Positions 26,181-39,905 of a stretch of 64,000 nucleotides of DNA are shown piece by piece (position 1 is the first letter of the stretch; the number at the start of each line of letters is the position of its first letter). The DNA lies in the NCBI GenBank assembly GCA_013265495.1, contig MU057711.1, forward strand, positions 1,488,001 to 1,552,000. The letters run 5' to 3'. The notes under the pieces were generated by a model. That model saw only the letters and a list, made by a program, of their open reading frames with translations. It ran no database searches and was not told where the DNA came from. The translations under genes and the position numbers were made by a program. This DNA comes from Vicugna vicugna. Taxonomy: Eukaryota.

Positions 26181-26602
26181 CAGTCCATATTCTACCAAGG
26201 AGAAGAAAGTTAAATTATTCCTGAAAATAACCACTTAGTCTATCTTGATCTTCTGCTTCCTTTTCACAGAAACTATGCAAAGTTATGAGGCTTGACTCTT
26301 CCTATGTGTCCCTGGAAATCGCGCACTAAATCCAGAGCACCAGGCCGAAATTAAAGATATCGATTTGCTTAAATGAAGCACATTTTCCAAAACCTAGTTT
26401 AAAGGAGAAAAATCTCTCTCGATGCTGTCAAGACACTCTACAGCTTTGAAACAAATGCCAGGAGGACGTCATTCTTCTTTTCACTCCCCCCACCAGCCAC
26501 ACGTAATTTTTTTATTGTATTTTAATTCACCCTTTGTTACCTAAAAGCAGAAGAAAAAATAATTCAAATAAAAGTACCACCATGGCTTGGGATAAGGTGA
26601 GA

Positions 26603-26604
<2 letters not shown>

Positions 26605-26651
<47 letters not shown>

Positions 26652-26655
26652 GCAC
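26605..26655. repeat. Compound (CT)n(CA)n microsatellite
   Basis: Direct reading. Confidence 0.95.
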
Positions 26656-27129
26656 CCTTCACATAACCTTTTTCACAAGTTTATTTATCTGCTCTTTCTA
26701 ACTCAGAGACATCAACAATGCAGTCTGGGAACTGTACAGGCAAATGCTGAGATCCTGTCTGGGTAGTAAGAACGTAAGGACAAGGTTCTACCATCTCCCA
26801 GATTCATCCATTCTAAGGCCCTTTTTGTTATTTATTGAAATGACTCGGCAATCATACAGTCATAATAGCTGTAAACAAATAGGCTGATCAATTACTCGTG
26901 TTTCATCATTATCATCCAGGCTCCTTCTTTTTCTGTTTTCCACATTCACCACTTCTCAATTCATTAAGAAACATAATGATTCATGAACACTTGTCTCTAA
27001 AAATGCTCATCTTACATTTTTTTTCCTCTTGCTACCTATAAATTTAACCATTTATCTTCTCAGGTGCTAACTCCTTTTGGGGATGATAATTATTATAACA
27101 ATCTATTATTTGTTGAGACCTCAGGATGT

Positions 27130-27780
27130 CCTACAGTGGGGGCTTCCTACCTGATCTTTCTATTTCTAAACTTACTCCCTTAAACCAGCCAAAAATGCTC
27201 TTTTACAAAAGTAAATAGAGGGTTGCCTTTTTTTCTGTTAGGAACCCTGGAATGGATTCCAACTGCAGTTAGAACTAAATTCGAATTCTGTAGCCTGTTC
27301 TTCCAGGTCCTGCACGATCTGTTCATTGCATCCCTCTCAACCTCTTCCCCCTCATTTATGACACTCCAGCCACACTGGCCCCTTTTCCTGTTCTACAAGC
27401 CCAGCTTATTCCTGCCTTGAGATTTTTGCACGTTTTGCTACCTTTCCCTAACAAGCTACTCCCTAAGATGCCTGTATAATTGGCTCCTGCAAATAATGCG
27501 TGTCCCTTATCTTCTCTTTAGAGGCCTTTCCTGCCCATCTACACTCCCCACCATTCCTAGGCGTTACCCTCTGCATAGTGCTCTTGGTAGAACTGATCAC
27601 AGGCAAGAATTCTCCTATTTATTGATTTGCTTACTTGTTTATGATCTGACTTTTCAGTGAGAATCTAAGTTCCACAAGACCTTACCTGCCTTGCATCTTG
27701 CTGCATTCCTGGGACCTAGGACAGTTCCTGACATAGACTAAAAGCTCAGTAAAAATTTCTAGAACAAAAGAATAAATACA
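27130..27780 (+). mobile_element. L2 3' relic
   Basis: ACTCCAGCCACACTGGCC ... CCTAGGACAGTTCCTGACATAG ... CTCAGTAAAAATTT. Confidence 0.75.
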
Positions 27781-28305
27781 ATCTCTCAATCTTCACAATA
27801 GCCCATTTCAGGCAATATAATGGAGGCTTACTGAAGTTAAATTATTTCTCCAGACTGGTGTCAGAGGCAACAATCAAACTCAGGTCTCCAAAACCACAGT
27901 TGTTGGACTCTATTTTTCTTTTTTCCTTTTCTCTGATGGTTAAAGAGATGACCCCATGTTGACCCATCTCATCCAGATCCAAAACCACAGAATTAAAGAA
28001 TCTCAGGTTTGGATGGATCGAAAGAACACAAATCTTAGTTCCCACTCAGGACCTGGACTCTTTCTCCAGCAGTGTGCTGTCCGCAAACACACATGTTCTC
28101 AAAGCAACCAGACCCACGCTATGGTCCCAGCTGAGTGGTCTTTGTTAGTGTCCCTCTCTAGACCTCAATTCCTTTATTTTTATTCTCAAAATGGGAACAT
28201 GCCTCCTAGGGTTGCTTTTGAGATTAGGTGAGATGATATATAGAAAGTGCTTAGTACTAGGCCTGGAACATAGCAAATGTTTAATTTAAATGACCTATTT
28301 TTTAA

Positions 28306-28632
28306 AAAGACAAATGAAATTACATATAAAACAGAAACAGACTCACAGATATAGAAAATAAACTTATGGTTACCAGAGGGGAAGGGAGAAGGAAGGGATA
28401 AACCAGGAGTTCAAGATTTATAGATAATGGCTGGTATATACAAAATAGATAAAGAAGTTTATACTATATAGCACAGGGAACTATATTCAATATCTTATAC
28501 TAGCTTATGGTGAAAAAGAATATGAAAATGAATATATGTATATTTATGTATGACTGAAGTGTTGTGCTGTACACCAGAAATTGACACAATATTATAAACT
28601 GACTATACCTCAATTTTAAAAATGGAAAAAAA
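28306..28632 (+). mobile_element. 5'-truncated artiodactyl/camelid-type L1 3' end between two MIR relics
   Basis: ACAGAAACAGACTCACAGATATAGAAAATAAACTTATGGTTACC...AGCACAGGGAACTATATTCAATATCTT...GCTGTACACCAGAAATTGACACAA, then an A tail. Imperfect TSD GACCTATTTTTTAA / GATCTATTTTTAA. Confidence 0.9.
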
Positions 28633-29941
28633 AGATCTATTTTTAATGATGTTGTGGTGGCTGAAAATACAGTATGGGGGCTTGCAGAGCTGGTTCTGGT
28701 GTCCTGCAGCTCTAGGTTCAAATCCTACAACTCAGTGGCTGTGGGCTAGTTTTGTAAATGAGAAAGCTCTGATTTCTTTATTTATAATAGAGGAGAATAA
28801 GAGCCCTTGATTTATTGGGTTTCATGAGGAATAAAAGAGAGCATATTTAAAGTCTTTAGCCCGAATATCTGCCCACATAATAAGTGAGCACAAGCTAAGA
28901 GCTGTTGTTAATATTATCATTGTCATCCCATCAAGTGAAGTTAAATTGTTTTGGGGGGGCAGGGTGCAAAATAAGGAGGGAATCTCTCTGCTTCTTCCAA
29001 GCCTTGACTCCAGGACTCTAGAATTTCTCCAGTCCAGACAGTCCTCTGCATCCACTCAGGGTTGAGACACCGGACACTTGCACTCTCCAGCCCTGCCCTC
29101 ATGAGCCCTCTCCTTCAGAGGCCAGAGCCAGCCACCTGCTCCTAAAACCCCAATGCCTTCCTTGGAAGCCGCTGGCAGAACACAGACACGGGTGAACACA
29201 CTCACATGCTCGCACCTGCACTCGGAATCCTGCTTAGCTTTCAGGGGAAGGAAAGAAGTTGTAGATGTTGATACCGAAGTGGTTCTGGACCCAGCTGTGG
29301 CCGTCTGTGTCACAGCTCCTGCATGTCACTTCCGGGGCTCTGCCTGCAGAAAACCCACTCCATTTCATTTGTTCTTCCTCGCTACCAGTTGGACAGGCTT
29401 TGAGGACCCTTTTAAGAGATTTTGGGGTATTGTTTCCCAGCATATGTGGGCAGTGTTACTACTTCCACCCCCTCAGGACTACTTAACAACATCAGCAAAG
29501 CAATTAAGCCCAGTTTTCAGGAAAATGCCAGTGGCTCTGCAGTGTCTGGATGGGAGTCTCAGCCCAATTATTTCCAGCTAGTTGTGAACGGCAGAGAAGT
29601 GGACTTTACTTCATTAGAACTTCAGCTCCCACTGATTAAAAGTCGACTGTGTCGGAGACAGTAAGGAAAAATGAAACAATTAAACTTGTCATCAATAAAA
29701 TTGCTGTGTATTCCTCAACACAGGGTTTTACTTCTCTCCAGAGGAGTGATTAAAATGAACTGATTGAACTATAATTTGATTGACTGGAGAGCCTTCATCC
29801 ATTGTGCTGAAACTGAACTTCAACTTATTGCCTTTCTTAGCTTGGGACATAAAACCCTCCTGCAGGCCTGCCGGAGCCCAGTGACAGATGCTGTGAACCC
29901 ATCAAGTGGTGCTGGCCATACCCAGAGATCGGCCAAGAGAC

Positions 29942-30215
29942 AGTGGTGGGCAGAATAATGTACCCCTAGAGATGCCCAGGCCCTAACCCTGGAACCTGTG
30001 AATATGTTACCTTTTGGGACTTTGCAGATGGGATTAAGGTTAAGGGCCTTAAAAGGAGGAGATTATCCAGGTGGGCTCAATCTGGTCACACGAATCCTTA
30101 AAAGTGGGGAACCTATCCTGGCCGGGTTGGAGAGTGATGTGACTACAAATGAGTCAGAAACACGCAACTTCACTGGCTTTGGAGATGGAGGAAGGGGCCA
30201 TGAGATGTAGATGGA
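29942..30215 (+). mobile_element. MLT1(D/E-like) LTR, partial
   Basis: GGCAGAATAATG..CCC.AGAGATG...GGAACCTGTGAATATGTTACCTT...GATTATCCAGGTGGGCTCAAT. Confidence 0.8.
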
Positions 30216-30790
30216 CAAGCCTGGGCATGGGGAATAGGCCCTGGAATACTCACACTCCAGAGGCTGTGGGCTGGAGCCAAATGAGTACCATGATGAGATC
30301 CAGTGTGTGTGTGGTGCCGGGACTTGGGAGGAGAGCAGATGGGGAGGAAAGGCCTCATGCCCTGAACACGCTGTGCAGATCTCCACTGACCCAGAGAGTT
30401 TGCAAGTTTGCATTTCACTTCTTTAGCAAAGATCCTGCACAGAGTACGTGCTCAAAGAGTGCTGAGTGATTTAAGGTTGAATGAAAATGCTCTACAAGAA
30501 TGAATGAATGAATGAAAAAATAAATATGAATCAAATGTATATTGACTCTGAGTAAAAAGGTCATTAAACTCTTGGTATCTGGACACTTTGACATTGGGTC
30601 AGGAAACTATTTCTCTTTCCGCCCAGAATCCTATGGAAACCAAGAAGAAAGACTAGAAGGAAGCAAAGTATAGGCCCACTTCCTAATTTGCTTTATGCCC
30701 TTGGATGCTTTGAGCCTATTTCTAGGGCTTATCTCAGATTTGCACCTAAATTTGGCTCTAGAATATGGGCTCCAGTTGGGACTTACCATA

Positions 30791-31208
30791 TGTCTTAGTC
30801 CACTCATGCTACCATAACAAAACACCATAGATTGGGTGGCTTCAATCACAGAGATTCGCTTCTCATAGTTCTGGAGGCTGGAAAGTCCAAGACCAAGGTA
30901 CTGGCTGATTCAGCCCCTGATAAGGCTTCTCTTCCTGGCTTGCAGATAGCCTGCTTCTTGTTCTGTCCTCCATGTCCTTTCCTCCATGTGTGAGCTCAGA
31001 CACAGAGAGAGAGAGAACTCTCTTCCTTTTCTTACACAGCCACTAATCCCATCATGAGTCCCCACTCTCAAGACCTAATCTAACTCCAATGACCACCCAA
31101 AGGCTTTAACTCCAAACACTACCACATTTGGGATTAGGGCTTCAACATATTGAATTGGGATGGTGGGCAGGGAGTATGGGTTGGAGACAAACATTTAGTC
31201 CCTAACAC
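30791..31208 (-). mobile_element. MLT1A-like solo LTR
   Basis: TGTCTTAGTCC...CCATAACAAAACACCATAGA.TGGGTGGCTT...AGTTCTGGAGGCTGGAAAGTCCAAGA...TAACA. Confidence 0.85.
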
Positions 31209-32469
31209 AGCAGCTATGTGACTTTGGCTGACTCAGTTAAACTTAGTGACCTCTGTCAACTCATCTGAAAGTCAAGGCTTGGGATGCAAGTAACAGACAG
31301 CACTTTCTGAGTACCTATCATGTCCCAGGCTCTGTGCTATTTAAATGTGCTTTGGGCATTAAACCCCTTACCACTCCCAATAGTTCTGTACATTCTGATA
31401 GTATATTATCATTTCCATTTATACGTAAGGAAATGTGTAAGATCTAGAAAGTTGAAGCATCTTGTTTAAGATCATAGTGGCAGAGCCAAAATTTGGACTC
31501 AAGTCTGAGACCAGAACTAAGATTTTTAACTTAACATAAAGGAATATTATGCTTGAAGCTGATATAATGATTGCTTAAAAACTCTTTGGCAGAAGAAACA
31601 CTTTAGGGAGCTAGGCAAAGGCAGTTAAAGCCATGTGAATCCTCTCTCTTAATAAGAATTGAAAGAAAGCTCTAAAATATCTACAAATGGATAACCAGGG
31701 TATGTGTGTGTGTGGTTTTGCCCATGTACATTTGCAGACATTTTGCAGACACTGTCATTGTGCAATAGAAATGTTCCACATGGAACAAAGCACTGTACAA
31801 GGCCTGCCAGCCATTCACATGGTGTTCCCTAACAATTGATACCTGCTGCCATTTTCCACTGGAAGAGAAATGTGATTTCTATATGTCAGGCGACAGTCTT
31901 TAAAAGGCCTCCAATGATTCATATTTCAATGTGTATTTAATCCGCCTTGGCAAACAGCCTATGTGGGGCCTCTCCACTGCCTTCCTCCTAGCAACCAAGG
32001 CTTTTTGTCACCACAGCTTCAAATGGGCTCGCAGTCACTGTGCATGTGGGACTCGGGCTCCTGACACCAAGGCCCGCCTCTCCTCTCCAGCTCACAGCAT
32101 TAAAAGAAAGATGAATCAGTGTGGCCTCCACCTTGGAAATGAGTTCAGTGTCAAAGGCCCATGTCCAACTTGTTCATGATAGTCATCCAGCACAACGCAG
32201 TGCGTCATGTTGCTGAGAAATAAGGAGCCTATGTAAGACTGGCCTGTAATTAGGGCTGAGCCGAGATTATGCTGTTCCACTATCTAAGGCTAGGTCCCTC
32301 ACTCCAGCCTTTGTGCAAGCCACCAGAGAGCACCACCACCACCACCAGTCCCCATACGGAAGGAAAGGTGGCATGGAGGAGGGGAGAGGGAACTTCCCCT
32401 TTCTGAGCAATATCTGACTCTGCAGAAAGGTCTTCTTGCCCTTACTTTACAGTTCACATCTTTTTGCAG

Positions 32470-33470
32470 GCTTTCAAAAAAGCATCTCTATGCCAGTGAG
32501 TCCCAAGTTTAGTCTCCAGCCAAAACATTGTCACCAAATTCTCTAGACTCAAAGAGCCAAAACTGAACTGCCACCTCCACCTGCGTGCCTTATAAACATC
32601 TCACACTCAACATGTCTGACTGGTCTCCCACATGCATATACACACATGTTCTTAACTCAGTCCTCCCACCTCAGTAAATGACACCACAGTTTCTCCAGGG
32701 AATCATCTTTGAAACTTCTCTTCCCACTTGATATCCAGCCTATCAACAAGTCTGGTTGACTCTACTTCCCAAATAGATCTCAAATCTATTCATCTCCCTC
32801 CATCCCAAATATTACTGTCATCTCTGGAACATCACAATATTCTCTTCATTGTTCCTCCCATGGCTATTCTTCTCCTTCTTCCAAATGGGTCACCTTGCTT
32901 TATTGAGAGTGGTCTTTTGTAAAACAAAAAAATTGTACCTTGTACCACATCTATCACTTCTCTGCTTAAAATATTTCTATGGCTATATAAAATCTAAAGT
33001 TCTTTCCTTGGACTATAATGCCACCAGGTCTAACTCCCATGCTCTCCTCTGCAACTTTATCTCCTGCCTCTCTTCCCCTCACTTAATATGGTCTAGTCAA
33101 CCTGACCTCCTCTTGGTTCCACAAATATGCAAGCTCTTCAGTATCTCCTGGCCTTAACACATGTTATTCCATTTGCCTGGAAACCTCTTACCTCTGCTTT
33201 TTCCATGGTTGTCTCCTTTTATTCCAGTAAGAAATCCAGCCTTACTATCCTGTCTATTATTCACTTTCCCCATTCCAATCATACTCTACCATTTCATATG
33301 ATTCATCTTTATAGACTTGTAACAATTTGTTTTTATCCTTTTTTCTTTATCCTTTATTGCCTATCTTCTCCTCTAGCCTAGAAATCCAAGGTGAACTTGT
33401 TCCATGCCTGGAAAAGAATCAATGCTCAGTAACTGCTTAGTTGATTAATAGCTATATAGACAAATGAGTG
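32470..33470 (+). mobile_element. L2 relic
   Basis: CTCAGTAAATGACACCA, AATCATCTTTGA..CTTCTCTTCCC, GCTCAGTAA..GCTT.GTTGATTAA. Confidence 0.75.
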
Positions 33471-34049
33471 ATGAGTGACTTGCCCAAAATCCCACAGCTG
33501 ACAAGTACCAGGATTCAAACCCAGGACTGCCCCTCTCCATAGTTTATAATCTTAAAATTAACTCATGGTTTTTTGATTCAGACTGGTCATTGGCAAAGCC
33601 ATGTGTCTTCCTTCCAACCCCGTGATGCCAGGAGTCCAACACTCCTGTGCTGCCATTCCCACTAAAGGTTTTGGGGTAGAAGGTAATCCACTCACAGAGG
33701 AGTCAGAGAGGAACCATGCCAGAATTCCTGGCATCCAACAGGAAGAGAGATGTGGGGGGTACTCAGTGTACCCTCCATGGCAGATTTCTGGTTTAACCCA
33801 TATTCTAAATTATCCCCACCTAGGACATACACTCTGCTTCTATGGTTGGCATTGGGAAGGACAACCAACTGCTTTCCCAAGATGTTTTCACTCATCTATG
33901 AGTCCTCAGAGACTGAGTCTTGAGTAGGTTGAGCCACGAAAACTTTTAGACACTTTGCAGTGGCCCATGGAGCCTGTTACCAATAGTTTATGTGTCCCAG
34001 GCCATAATGCCATAGGCTCACCTGATTTCTATGCAGTAGGGGTGCCTCT

Positions 34050-34490
34050 GAGCACACAGCCAGTATCCTATCTCAACTGTGTTTCATCATCTCCCCATTT
34101 CTTTTTGCCCCCCAATATTATCTAAAGCCATGAGGGCCCTTCAGATATTGGCAAGTATAGCCCCAAAGTACAAGCTAGATTATACCCACAAAGGGCACCC
34201 TCACCCTACAGGACATGGGGTCAGTGGATAAATACTATAGGTTCCTGTTCTTCAGAGTGACAATTCTGTGATGCATTCTGTGTGGTTCCTCGGACGGTCC
34301 CCAGTGAAACTGAATCCTAGTTACTCAATGTGGTAAATCACTCCATGATATATCTTTTACTGGCCTTTCCTTCTCTTTCTCTCTTTTTCTCCTTTGTTCT
34401 CACTCTGCTTATTTGTACCACTCCATAATTAAACTACTTACACCCAACCTACGTCTCAGGCTTTTCTTTCAGGGAAACCCAGACTAAGAA
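34050..34490 (+). mobile_element. LTR16-like ERVL LTR relic
   Basis: 3' end AATTAAACTACTTACACCCAA...GTCTCAGGCT...TTTCAGGGAAACCCAGACTAAGA. Confidence 0.65.
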
Positions 34491-34909
34491 AAGCTCAATC
34501 CTAATATAATTGGTCACCACCCAAAAGAACACACGTGTTTGCTGGGAACTCAAGATGGAAAAAAAAGTTTTGGCTCAGAGCAATGCTCAGAAACGAGTAT
34601 GTTTAGAAGTACAGATCACTGCAATTGGAAGAAACCTTTCCAATTGAGTCAGTCCTTTGCCCTTGACCGTCAGTGAGCTTGAACATCTGAGGTCACCACA
34701 CTCTGCTCTGAAACTTTCCATAACTTCCTGCCCCCTTAGCCTGGCACATAAGCCTCTTATGATGTGGCTCCAACTTACCCCTGTGGCCTCACTGTTCTCC
34801 CTACAATGGTCCTTCCAAATCTCTTTACTCCCCTTGCTCTAACAGAACCCCAGAACTTAAGGCCTTTGCCTCTTATGCCTGCATCCTCCTTGCTTAGGAT
34901 CCACCCAGA

Positions 34910-35087
34910 CAGGGCTAGCTTCATGGTCAATCAACCTATGCAGTCACACTGGGTCCCACACATAGAAAGGCCCACATGCTTGGTTCAATGTTCTCCTGTT
35001 ACTACCCTTAAATTCTTAATTATTTTTGAACAAGGGGCCTTGCATTTCATTTTGCACTGGGCCATGAAAACTATGTAGCCACTCATG
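34910..35087 (+). mobile_element. MER91A-like hAT-Tip100 element
   Basis: CAGGGCTAGCTTCATGG...AAATTCTTAATTATTTTTGAACAAGGGGCC...TTTCATTTTGCACTGGGCC...TATGTAGCC; imperfect 8-bp TSD CACCCAGA / CCTCCAGA. Confidence 0.85.
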
Positions 35088-37529
35088 CCTCCAGAATATA
35101 CAGTTATGAGATTTAAGTTTCAATTTACCCTACAGGATTGTTAAGAAATTATCACATTACCTCCCGTCAGGCAGAATCTGTTTCTCACACTTTGCCTCTT
35201 AGATCAAAATATTTCTTTAAGTCAAAGGTGGATTATTTGAGAGAAGGAAAAAATTATCTTAAGGCTGCTTCTGCTTATTTCCTTAATGAATTTGGAACCA
35301 AGGGTAAAGTTAATCCTAACATCCCCAAGAGTGCCACATATTCCCAGGTACCCTATACATATTGTCTAAAAGTGGAGGTTATACCTGTGAGTTGCAAGGA
35401 GAATTCCAAAGGTGCTATCTCGTACCTCCTTTGTTGAGTCTCAACATCTTATTTTAGTATTTTGCAGGACTTTAAATACCCATGGTTTATTTATGAACTG
35501 AGGGTTATTAACTGTTTGAAACTTCATTAAGTCCTTCCCTGGGGATAGTCTCGGCTGAGGTCCTTTTAGATGATCCCTCCCCAAATATCTGTCTAATTTA
35601 GATTTAATAGAACAGTTTATTGTATGTTGATAAAACAATAATGAATTAATAAAGCCTTCACTGAGACTTAGGTAACAGATACATAATCTATCGTTGTTAA
35701 AGCGCCATGCAAATGTTTTTAATAATCAGCATTTAATATGCAGCAACCAAGACGTAAATCCAGCCTAAACACACATTTGGAAACTCATTTTAAGCTGCTC
35801 ATGAGTTTCTTGGAGATGGGAAAACGCGGAGGCCAAATGCACTGCAGGACATCTGGTATCCTTGAGTCCCTTAAAGCCTGGCAGGGATCCCGGGGCCTAA
35901 GCTCAGTAGAAGCAGAGAACCCCCTGTTGGAAGGTGCCCCCAGATTCCTCTCCCCAACACTGGGGTTTTTAGATTCTTGCTACATCTGCCATGTATTTTT
36001 CAATGCTCCACCAAGAAAATGAATCAAGGACACTGCAACCAGGTAATCTGAATGTCCATGTTCGTCTGAAATATTGCAAAGACAGCTACTGAGGAGCTTC
36101 ACAGAATGACCTCTGTCTTGACTTTTCCATACAAGGGGACTGTACCAAATATTCAGCCCAGATATCGCAATAAAAAATTATCCTTTACCCCCCATTTCTG
36201 TATCTTATTCTTAGGATGTTGATGCTTGGGTGACTGACACTTGTGGTCATCTTGGATTTGTGGAAGAGATCACATTTCAGGTTGGGATTTTCATAATCTT
36301 AGACAAATGCCCAGGAGAAGGGTAGGCAAGCTGTCATGTTGAATCCACTCAGGAAGGCTCCCAAGAGCTCCCAACACTTCAAGAAAGCGAGCTCTCCTCA
36401 CAGGCAGAGACTCATAGTATGGCCACACTGTCTCCACCATTGACCAGTCTCAATGCCTGTAGTTCTCACCATCATCACATTTCTTGGGGATTAATTATAA
36501 AATCAGAAGGTGGTGAAGTAAGACAAGTATTAGGTTTAAAACTGCAGCACTTGGATTCAAGGCCAACACCGTCTTACTAGCTGTTGGTCCCTTAGGTAGG
36601 TCCCTTCCCTTCTGTGAGTCTAAGGGCAGACACTGAATTTTATGAACTTGAAGTGCACTTTCAGCTCCTGCGTGCTGTGCCAGGGAAATGAGACACTTGA
36701 TTTCATTAGTAGCCATAATCATCTTAGCACTGATTGAGTGTCTTTGCTCAATATGGAAGCACCTTGGAAAGCAGAAAGCAGGGCAGTGAGAGAGTGTCCA
36801 CTTGCAAGACAGGCAGTTTTGGTGAAAGTGAAAGACTTAGGGGTACTGGGAGGACAAATTCTAGTGTGATATCCCAGTGGGAAGCTCACTGAAGGATGAA
36901 ACGTGGACATCTTCAGACTGAAGAGAAGAATGAGGAAGAAAGGGAAGAATGACAAAGAACAACAACAAAAAAAAACCCTTATTGTGTTGGCATTTGGCCA
37001 AGAGTGGCGTTTAGTCACTGGGAAGACACCGCAGGTCTGTGTGGATCAGCCCAGAAGAACTTAGCACATAAGAGCCAGACTGCATTTGGAAGAACACTGC
37101 CTGACATCTAATCCTGAAAAGTTGCTTAAACTCACTGTCTTCACCTGGAAATTGGGACTAATAATCCTCAGAAAGCTGTCATGAGAATCAGATGAGTTCA
37201 CATACGTAAACCTTAGCTCAGTGAGGATTGGATATCACTGCTATTTCCCCTCTCCCTCAGTGTTCCTATTTCATGGGGAGTGGGGAGCAGGAGGTGCAAC
37301 TACATCTTGCTGCAGATTCTGTCATCTCGTAGACTACTAGGTCAGGGCTAATCCCTCGGATGGTAGCCTTGAGCAACATAAAAGGGATTTACAGACCAGC
37401 TGGCAACTCAAGCTGCTGCCTCCTATGAAGGGATTTTATCCTTAGAGGCTCTGAAATTCCAGGGAAGAAATTACCATGTCAGCTGTTAACCTTGCCCCCA
37501 AGCACTTACCTAACACTCCTTAGCATTTT

Positions 37530-37775
37530 CAGATGTGTATACACAGAGATGCATCTGTACACACAGGTTTGTATGGATGCACATATACACACAGGAACAC
37601 ATATTCACAGACATAAGCACCGGTACACACTTATACAACTCCAGAGAGAGAGAAATACACAAACATGCTTATGTATATACACTTACACAGAGCAAGATAT
37701 ACATATATGTATACATAGAGACATATACTGATGTACAAACACAAAAAGAGACAAATATGCACAAGTATGTGTACG
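37530..37775. repeat. Degenerate CA/TA-rich low-complexity tract
   Basis: Decayed (CA)/(TA) repeats; source of three spurious ORFs. Confidence 0.8.
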
Positions 37776-39169
37776 CGAATAAAATGTCACTTGCATATGT
37801 TGCACTGTCACAACTGCATATCCATGAACTGGACCGCATGTCCAGCACCTTCAAGAAACTGAGAACTGAGGAAACCATGCCTCCAGCCTTAATTCAAGCT
37901 TGAAGTCAACACTACACAGACCCACTTTGTGGCTGTGCTGATGGCCCAGAGTGGAAAACAGAGGGAAGTCAGAGGAGATAGTGCCCTACAGGGTCTGAGA
38001 AGATCCAACTGTCAGAGACTTGCTGGCCCTGAGACCATGGAAATGAATGCTACAAGCCTGTGGCTTCACTGGCCAGAGGGCAAGGCAGGATCACTCTGTT
38101 TCTTAGGGCTCACAGCATCAAATCCAGCTTTCCCACCATCTTTCGGAAAGGAACTTCTGAGAAGCTCCTGGCTGATCAAAGGGCAGAAGCAGCGAAGAGT
38201 GTGGAAAACTTCATCTTGATTGGATTCACTGGGGGAAGAAGAAACACAGATGAGCTCTAGCCGGAGTTCACGAGGAGTCAGGGATGAGGGGTGGGGTGGA
38301 AGATGACTCGAGAGGACCATGACCCAGTAGTATCTCCAGCATAGATTTCACTGCTCCTGTGAGGAGTTCTGCCTGGGGCATTTCTACTATATTTCTCCCT
38401 GACACTTTGTTGCTTCTGAAACACCCATGGCTCTTGTTCCCAGATGCCTTATTTCTGTCCCTCACTAAAGAGCCTGGACGAGGGTCCTCACACAACATCT
38501 CTTGCCTATTTCAAGATGACAACTTCTGCCTGATTAGCAAAGATTTCAGAGACACCAACAAAAGAACTAGAAGGTTCCAAGCAGTGGAGAAGATGACCAG
38601 TATCACTGCCCCACCTCCTGAATAATCTACATTACGTAGTATCTAAAAGTACAAAGGTTTATGTGTCCCACCTTGATTCCCTAGGGTGATTCAAAATGAA
38701 TTGCAAGCCCTTGGGAATTTCCTGAGTTGTCAGGCACCATAAAAAATATAATTTATTGGAGGCTTCCACTCAAATGTACTTTGAGTGAGTAGTATATTTA
38801 CTATTAGGAGCCATTACCACAAGGAGAGCTTGTGGAACAGATAAATTTTAATGGAGAACATTCTAAAAGATTGGACCTTTCATTCGACTGGGTTCCCAAG
38901 GATGAGCCAGCTCAAATTTCACCCCCGCCCAACTGCAGATGGAGAGTCCTAACCAACCCCAGTTAAGAGGAGCTTGTAGCAGGATTCCTGCATTGAAAGT
39001 GCTGGTCTGAATGGCCATGATGTCCTAACCAACCCTGGGGAATTATGAAACTATGAAATGATGGAAGAGGCACAGGACTTTGGAATAGGGTTTGGCTCAG
39101 AAATTTATAATAGGGAGTTGGTATTTGAGCAGCAAATCCTTGTGCCTGATCTAGAGTGAGGATTTTGTT

Positions 39170-39905
39170 TGGAGAATCGTTTGATCAATTGAACCCTCCA
39201 GGTCTCCCCATGTCCTCCAACTCCTCATGACTAGTGCCTGCTTCTCCTCCTGTGTCCCATTCATACGTGCCCCACCTCCAGTGTGGAATGACTTAAGGGT
39301 CTGAGAACACACCCAGTGCTCCCCATTTCCATGCCTCTGCACTTGCTATTCCCTGAGCAAATGCTCTAATCCTCTGCTCTTCACCTGCTGGGCTCCTACA
39401 CATCCTTTAAGTCTCAGTTTAAGGGACACCTCCTCCTAGGAGCCTTCTTTTACCCACTTTTCCTGGGGGCTAAGTGTGCTTGTTTGAGCTCCTTGAGCAC
39501 AATATGAGAGTTTTTGCTTTCATCTCAATTTCTCCAACATGAACTTTTTAAGAAGAGTGAGTCTTTATCTTGCCGTTTTTATACTCTTAACAGTAGCATG
39601 GGGCCTGGTATGTAGGAAATGCTTAAGAAGTGTTAGCTGCATGCCTGCATGAGTTGAGTGAATGAGGAGAAGCTAATATAGTAGTTAAGATCTTGGGCCT
39701 TGAGCCGGACTGCTGGATTCACATCCTGGTTCTGCCATCTAATAACAGACTTTGAAAAATTCCACTATCTTCTCTATACCTCAGCTTCCTCATCTATAAT
39801 GTGGATATAAGAATAGAGCTGCTGTTGTAAGGACTAAGAGAGTAAATATATATAAAATTTCCAGGTAGTGGCTAGTACATAGTAAGCATTCAATGCTAGC
39901 TATTA
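39170..39905 (+). mobile_element. L2 3' relic followed by MIR
   Basis: L2 tail ends ~39665 (GTTGAGTGAATGA); MIR follows with CTGGATTCACATCCTGGTTCTGCCA..CCTCAGCTTCCTCATCTATAA. Confidence 0.75.

Noticed and set aside
37492..37903. His/Thr/Tyr-rich ORFs
   Set aside because: Translations of a low-complexity CA/TA tract.
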